64,000 nucleotides of DNA from Felis catus. Lineage: Eukaryota. Numbering within the stretch: position 1 is the first letter of the stretch; every line of letters starts with the position of its first letter. Shown one piece after another: positions 59,560-64,000 of this stretch. The translations under genes were made by a program, and so were the position numbers. The notes below the pieces were generated by a model. The model saw only the letters and a list, made by a program, of their open reading frames with translations. It did not search any database and was not told the origin of the DNA. Where the stretch lies: contig NC_058368.1 in the NCBI RefSeq assembly GCF_018350175.1, positions 183,770,001-183,834,000 of the forward strand, given 5' to 3'.

Positions 59560-60320
59560 AAGATGCTCTATAGTTTGAGGAATATATTAGAGAGGGTATG
59601 AGGGAAACCAGAAAGAGGCCAGTTGAGAGACAAGTTGAGTGGTTATTATTACATAGTGCAGATAGAGATGATGATATCCATAACAGAGGTAGTGGCAATG
59701 GGTTGAAGAGGTATGGATTAATTCCAGAGATATTCATAATTGAGTGGTTGATGACTAAATTCATTGGAACTACATGAATTGCCAATATTTAACAGTTTTG
59801 AAAAATTTTTAATAAACTACATTGTTTAATCTCATAGAAGTTAAACATAAAAAAGTCACTATACAAGATTCTCAGTTTTGTGATTTGAGTAGCTGAGTGG
59901 TTGGTAGAATTATTTACCATGATAGCAAGCATAATAGAGGGAAGAAGAAAATATGTTTCTCAGACCTACAGAATTGTAAATGTCTTTGAAAAAAAACAAG
60001 CTGTAATATTCAGTCAGAATAATTACATAAGTAAATAGAGGATTCAGAGTGACTGTATCGGCAGAAAAGCATTTAGATTCACATCAAAATCACGAGATTT
60101 GAGTGACAGTTTGAAGGGAACATGTATAAATTGAGGAGAAAAAAAGGAATGAGAAAAAAAGATCATTTTGAAGAACAGAAGAAAGAGAACTAAAAGATAC
60201 GAAGAAGAAATAGCCAGAGAGATAGGGGAAAAAAATCAATAGAAATTGGTGTCAGAAAAGTCAAGGAAAGAAGTTCACAAAAAGGAATGGTCTTTTATTA
60301 AATGTTAGACTAGGAATAGT
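59560..60320 (-). mobile_element. L2 fragments
   Basis: Purine-rich antisense L2 motifs (AGAGGCCAGTTGAGAGAC, GGTAGTGGCAATGG, GGTGTCAGAAAAGTCAAGGAAAGA). Confidence 0.6.
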
Positions 60321-60797
60321 ATCCAGTGAAATAAGAATATACATACAAACTGGAAAGAAAGAAATAAAAACTTTTGCTGACAATATGGTTATTTACATAT
60401 AAAATCCCTAAGAGTCTTTGGAAAAGGTAGTACAACTTATAAGTGAGTGTAGCATGGTAGCAGGGTATAAGATCAACATACTTTTAAAAAAAATCATATC
60501 ATTTACAATAACCCTGAGAACACTAACTACTTAGGTATACAGCTAAAAAAAAACAACAACAAAAACTATAAGATCTAAAAACTATAAAACACTATAAACT
60601 AAAGAAATATATACTGTGTCCATTAATGGAACATTTAATACTGTTAAGATGTCAATTCTTCCCAAATTGATGTATCAAATGCAACCTTGATAAAAATACT
60701 ACACGTGTTATTTTTGGAGGTAAGTTGGTACTAAAATATGTATACAAATACAAAGAAACTAAAATAGTCAAAATGTTTTTGAAAAAGAATACCGCAA

Positions 60798-60944
60798 GGG
60801 ACACCTGGGTGGCTCAGCAGGTTAAGCATCTAACTTTGGCTCAGGTCATGATCTCAAAGTTCTTGGGCCACACATCTGGCTTTGGGCTGACAGCTCAGAT
60901 CCTGGAGCCTTCTTTGGATTCTGTGCTCCCCCTCTCTGTTCCTC

Positions 60945-61014
<70 letters not shown>

Positions 61015-61040
61015 AATAAATAAACTTTTTTTTTAAAGAA
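60798..61040 (+). mobile_element. Feline SINEC with (CT)n(CA)n tract
   Basis: Head at 60798; degenerate TSD GAAAAAGAAT(a/g)CC(g/a)CA. Confidence 0.94.
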
Positions 61041-61376
61041 AAAGAATGCCACAGTCAGAGAACTCTGAATTATTGATTTTAGGACAAACAGTAAAGCCAC
61101 AATAATCAGGGAAAGGTAGTATTGGCAAAAGGCATATGGGTCCAGAAATAAACCCACACTAATATAGTTGATTTTTTTTCCAAAGGTACAAAATCAAAAA
61201 GAGTAGGGTAGTCTTTTCAATCAATGGTACTAGAAATATTGAATATTCAATACACAAAAAATAAACCTTGATCCATACAACACACAGGGAGGAAGGGGAA
61301 GACGAAGTGGAGAAGGAGGAGGCCCTGAGAACTGATCACAGATCTAAAAGTAATACTTAAAACTACAAAATGTCTA

Positions 61377-61745
61377 GGGGCACCTGACTCACTCAATTGG
61401 TAGAGCATGTGACTCTTGATCCTGGGGTTGTAAGTTAAAGCCCAAGTTCAAGTTGGGTGTAAAGATTTCTTAAAAGTAAAATCTTAGGGGCACCTGGGTG
61501 GCTCAGTCGGTTCAGTGTCTGACTTAGGCTCAGGTCATGAATTCACAGTTCGTGGGTTAGAGCCCCGTGTTGGGCTCTGGGCTGACAGCTCAGAGTCTGG
61601 AGCCTGCTTCAGATTCTGTGTCTCCCTCTCTCTCTGCCCCTCCCTCACTCAGGCTCTGTCTCTCTCTGCCTCTCAAAAATAAGGAAATGTAATAATAAAA
61701 AACAATTAAAAAAAGTAAAATCTTAAAAAAATTAAAAAAATAAGT
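61377..61745 (+). mobile_element. Short tRNA-derived SINE (61377-61485) with a feline SINEC (61486-61710) nested in its tail
   Basis: Inner TSD AAAAGTAAAATCTTA at 61471-61485 and 61711-61725; outer degenerate TSD ACTACAAA..T.TCTA. Confidence 0.92.
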
Positions 61746-63092
61746 ACAACTACAAATATCTAGAAGAAAGCATAGGGGAGATTTTTAGGGAAAGATTTCT
61801 TAGCTATGACACCAAGAGAATAATCCATGAAAGAAAATTTTGATATTCAGACTTCATCAAAATTAGAAACTTCTACTCTTGAAACACCCTTAAGATAATG
61901 AAAAAAATGAGCCACGGATTTGAAGAAAACATTTGCAAACATTATATCTGACAAGGGATTTTTATCCTGAGTATATTAAGAACTCTCCAAACTCTAATAA
62001 TAAAACAACCCAATTTTAAAAATGGGCAAAGTATTTGAACAGATGCTTCATTAATAAGATATTCAGATGGCAAGTAAGCACATGAAAATATGTTCCACTG
62101 CATTATTTTTAGGAAAATGCAAATTAAAAACACAATGTAATATCACTATATATTTATTAGACTGAGAATAAAAGAGAAAAGTAATTGATAATACCAAATA
62201 ATAGCTAGGATATGGAACAAATGGACTCTTCCAATATGCTGGTGGTGGTACAGAAAGTATGAACACGTTGGAAACAGTTTGACAGTTTCTTATAAAGTTA
62301 AACACACAGTTAGCATATGTCCCAGCTATTCCACTCCTAGACATTTACACAAAATATATGAAAATTTCTCTTCACACAAATATCTGTACCTGAAATTTTA
62401 TATAGGACTTACTATTGCCCCAACCAAGAAACAACACAAATATCCTCATGTTGGTGAATGGTTAAAATGTGGTATATCCATATGATAGGATACTACCTAG
62501 CAATAAAAGACATAAGCTACTTATATATACCATAACATGATGGTAAATTGCATATGAAATGTATTATAATAAGTAGAAGAAGCTGGATTTAAAAGGCAAC
62601 ATATTGTATTACTCCATTCATATGACATGCTGGAAAAGGCAAAATTACAGGGACAGAAAACAGATCAGTGGTTTTGATCAGTCTTGAATAAGGGGAGAGG
62701 TTGGTCAAGGGACATAGGGAAAATTTGGGAGAAAATGGAACTATTCTGTATATTGAATTTAATGTTGGTTATACAATTGCATGTATTTGTCAAACTCTCT
62801 GAAATGTACACTAAAAGGGACAAATTTATTGTATATAAATTATACTTTCATAAAAAATGCAAAAAATGGTCAAGCCATTTATAACACTTCTGAGATATCA
62901 TATAAGAAAAGAATAACATCCTGTCTACTAGATTTAGGAACAAGAGGGCCCTTGTCGAGAAAAACTTTGAAATACCATAGAAAACATGTAGGTTTGTAGT
63001 TGTGAAGGAAGCGAAGCAACTCTATCTGACAAAGGAGAAACAATGAGTATAACTGACAATTCCCTCCAGAAGTATTTCCCTTAGGAAAATAA

Positions 63093-63094
<2 letters not shown>

Positions 63095-63132
<38 letters not shown>

Positions 63133-63145
63133 AGAGGGAGAGGAG
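63095..63145. repeat. (GA)n microsatellite
   Basis: GA run grading into GGGA units. Confidence 0.95.
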
Positions 63146-63149
63146 GTGT

Positions 63150-64000
63150 TGTTTAGAGTGTGAATATAAAACTGAGGGAGAATAGTTTTTAAAAGATAAA
63201 GGAAACTTGAACATTTTCCCACATATGGGGAAAAGACAATAAAGAAGGAGATTGAGGATATATGAAAAAGAGGGAAGGTTAACAGTGTGAGGTCTCTGAA
63301 GAGGCAGAAGTAGATGAGTTAAAGCACAGAAGTGGAACAGTAAGACTGAGAAAGACACGAAGTTGGAGAAAATAAATATAAGACCACAAAACAGTATTTT
63401 GTTTTGTTTTGCTCTAAAAGCAATAAGCAACCCAGACACAGTTGAAGATGAACAGCTGAACTCATCTAAGGTCTCCCTCTCTCTTTCCAGAATGATGAGT
63501 TGGAAAAACAAATGAGGCACAGGAATCGAGGATGCTTCCAAAATGTATGTATTTTAGGCTGAACTGTTTAAGAAAGCAAGTAAAAGTGTGAAGAAAAGGA
63601 GTCAAAAAATTTGTGATCTTAATAAAGTTGAACTATTGTGGTGGGTGTAGCACAGCAAATAACTTGCTGTCACCAAAGGCTGTCATCTGAGAGTGGGATT
63701 TCAAAGCCTGCAGATTTTGGAAGTAGAATGAGTAAGAATAAAATTCTTTATGTTTGAGATGAAACATTGAGAAGGAAAACTGATAAGGAAAAGAGGTCAT
63801 ATCACATGACCTACAAATCTACTGTGTAAATTTTCCATAGTCATATTTAAAACACTGAGAACACTAGAGTGATAAAAAAAAAAAAAAAGAAGAACTAAGG
63901 AACAGAACACTCAGTGAAGAAGAATGACTATAAAATTGATAGATGAGAAATTGTGTAGAGAAGTAGATTGCTGAATGTTATGGCACTGAAAGCAGGTAGT
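63150..64000 (-). mobile_element. Highly degraded L2-like sequence
   Basis: Purine-rich strand bias and motifs such as CAGCTGAACTCATCTAAGG, GAGGTCATATCACATGAC; weak. Confidence 0.4.

Larger units (their letters stand above)
60340..62862 (+). mobile_element. Ancient L1M ORF2 3' part and 3'UTR, interrupted by three SINEs
   Basis: TGGAAAGAAAGAAATAAAAAC.TTTGCTGACAATATG, GTTAAGATGTCAATTCTTCCCAAATTGAT, GGAAAATGCAAATTAAAAACACAATG, TGTATATAAATTATACTTTCATAAA. Confidence 0.85.

Noticed and set aside
62879..63541. 220-aa ORF on the - strand
   Set aside because: Low-complexity Leu/Ser/Phe-rich translation of pyrimidine-rich repeat-derived sequence including a (CT)n tract; no domain recognised

Overview
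AT-rich mammalian genomic DNA from a felid (cat family), judged from many tRNA-derived carnivore/feline SINEC elements and feline-type L1 3' ends; the species cannot be determined from the sequence. I see no convincing host protein-coding gene, so the window looks intergenic or deep intronic. It holds one full-length but inactivated LINE-1 (4998-10936, + strand, target-site duplication [TSD], 5'UTR, broken ORF1/ORF2), several 5'-truncated L1s, about 28 SINEs, a near-complete MaLR (MLT1) provirus, solo LTRs, ancient DNA-transposon MITEs (MER103, MER20, MER3, Tigger2, MER5), L2/MIR relics and microsatellites. Repeat family names come from recalled consensus sequences, not from a search, and old-repeat boundaries are approximate. 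I found no evidence of a new biological system. The best leads are retrotransposition oddities (two opposite SINEs sharing one triplicated target site, a tandem L1 3'-end dimer inside one TSD, a poly(A)-only insertion), an unexplained CpG-rich unique segment at about 43.8-44.4 kb, and two candidate micro-exons.
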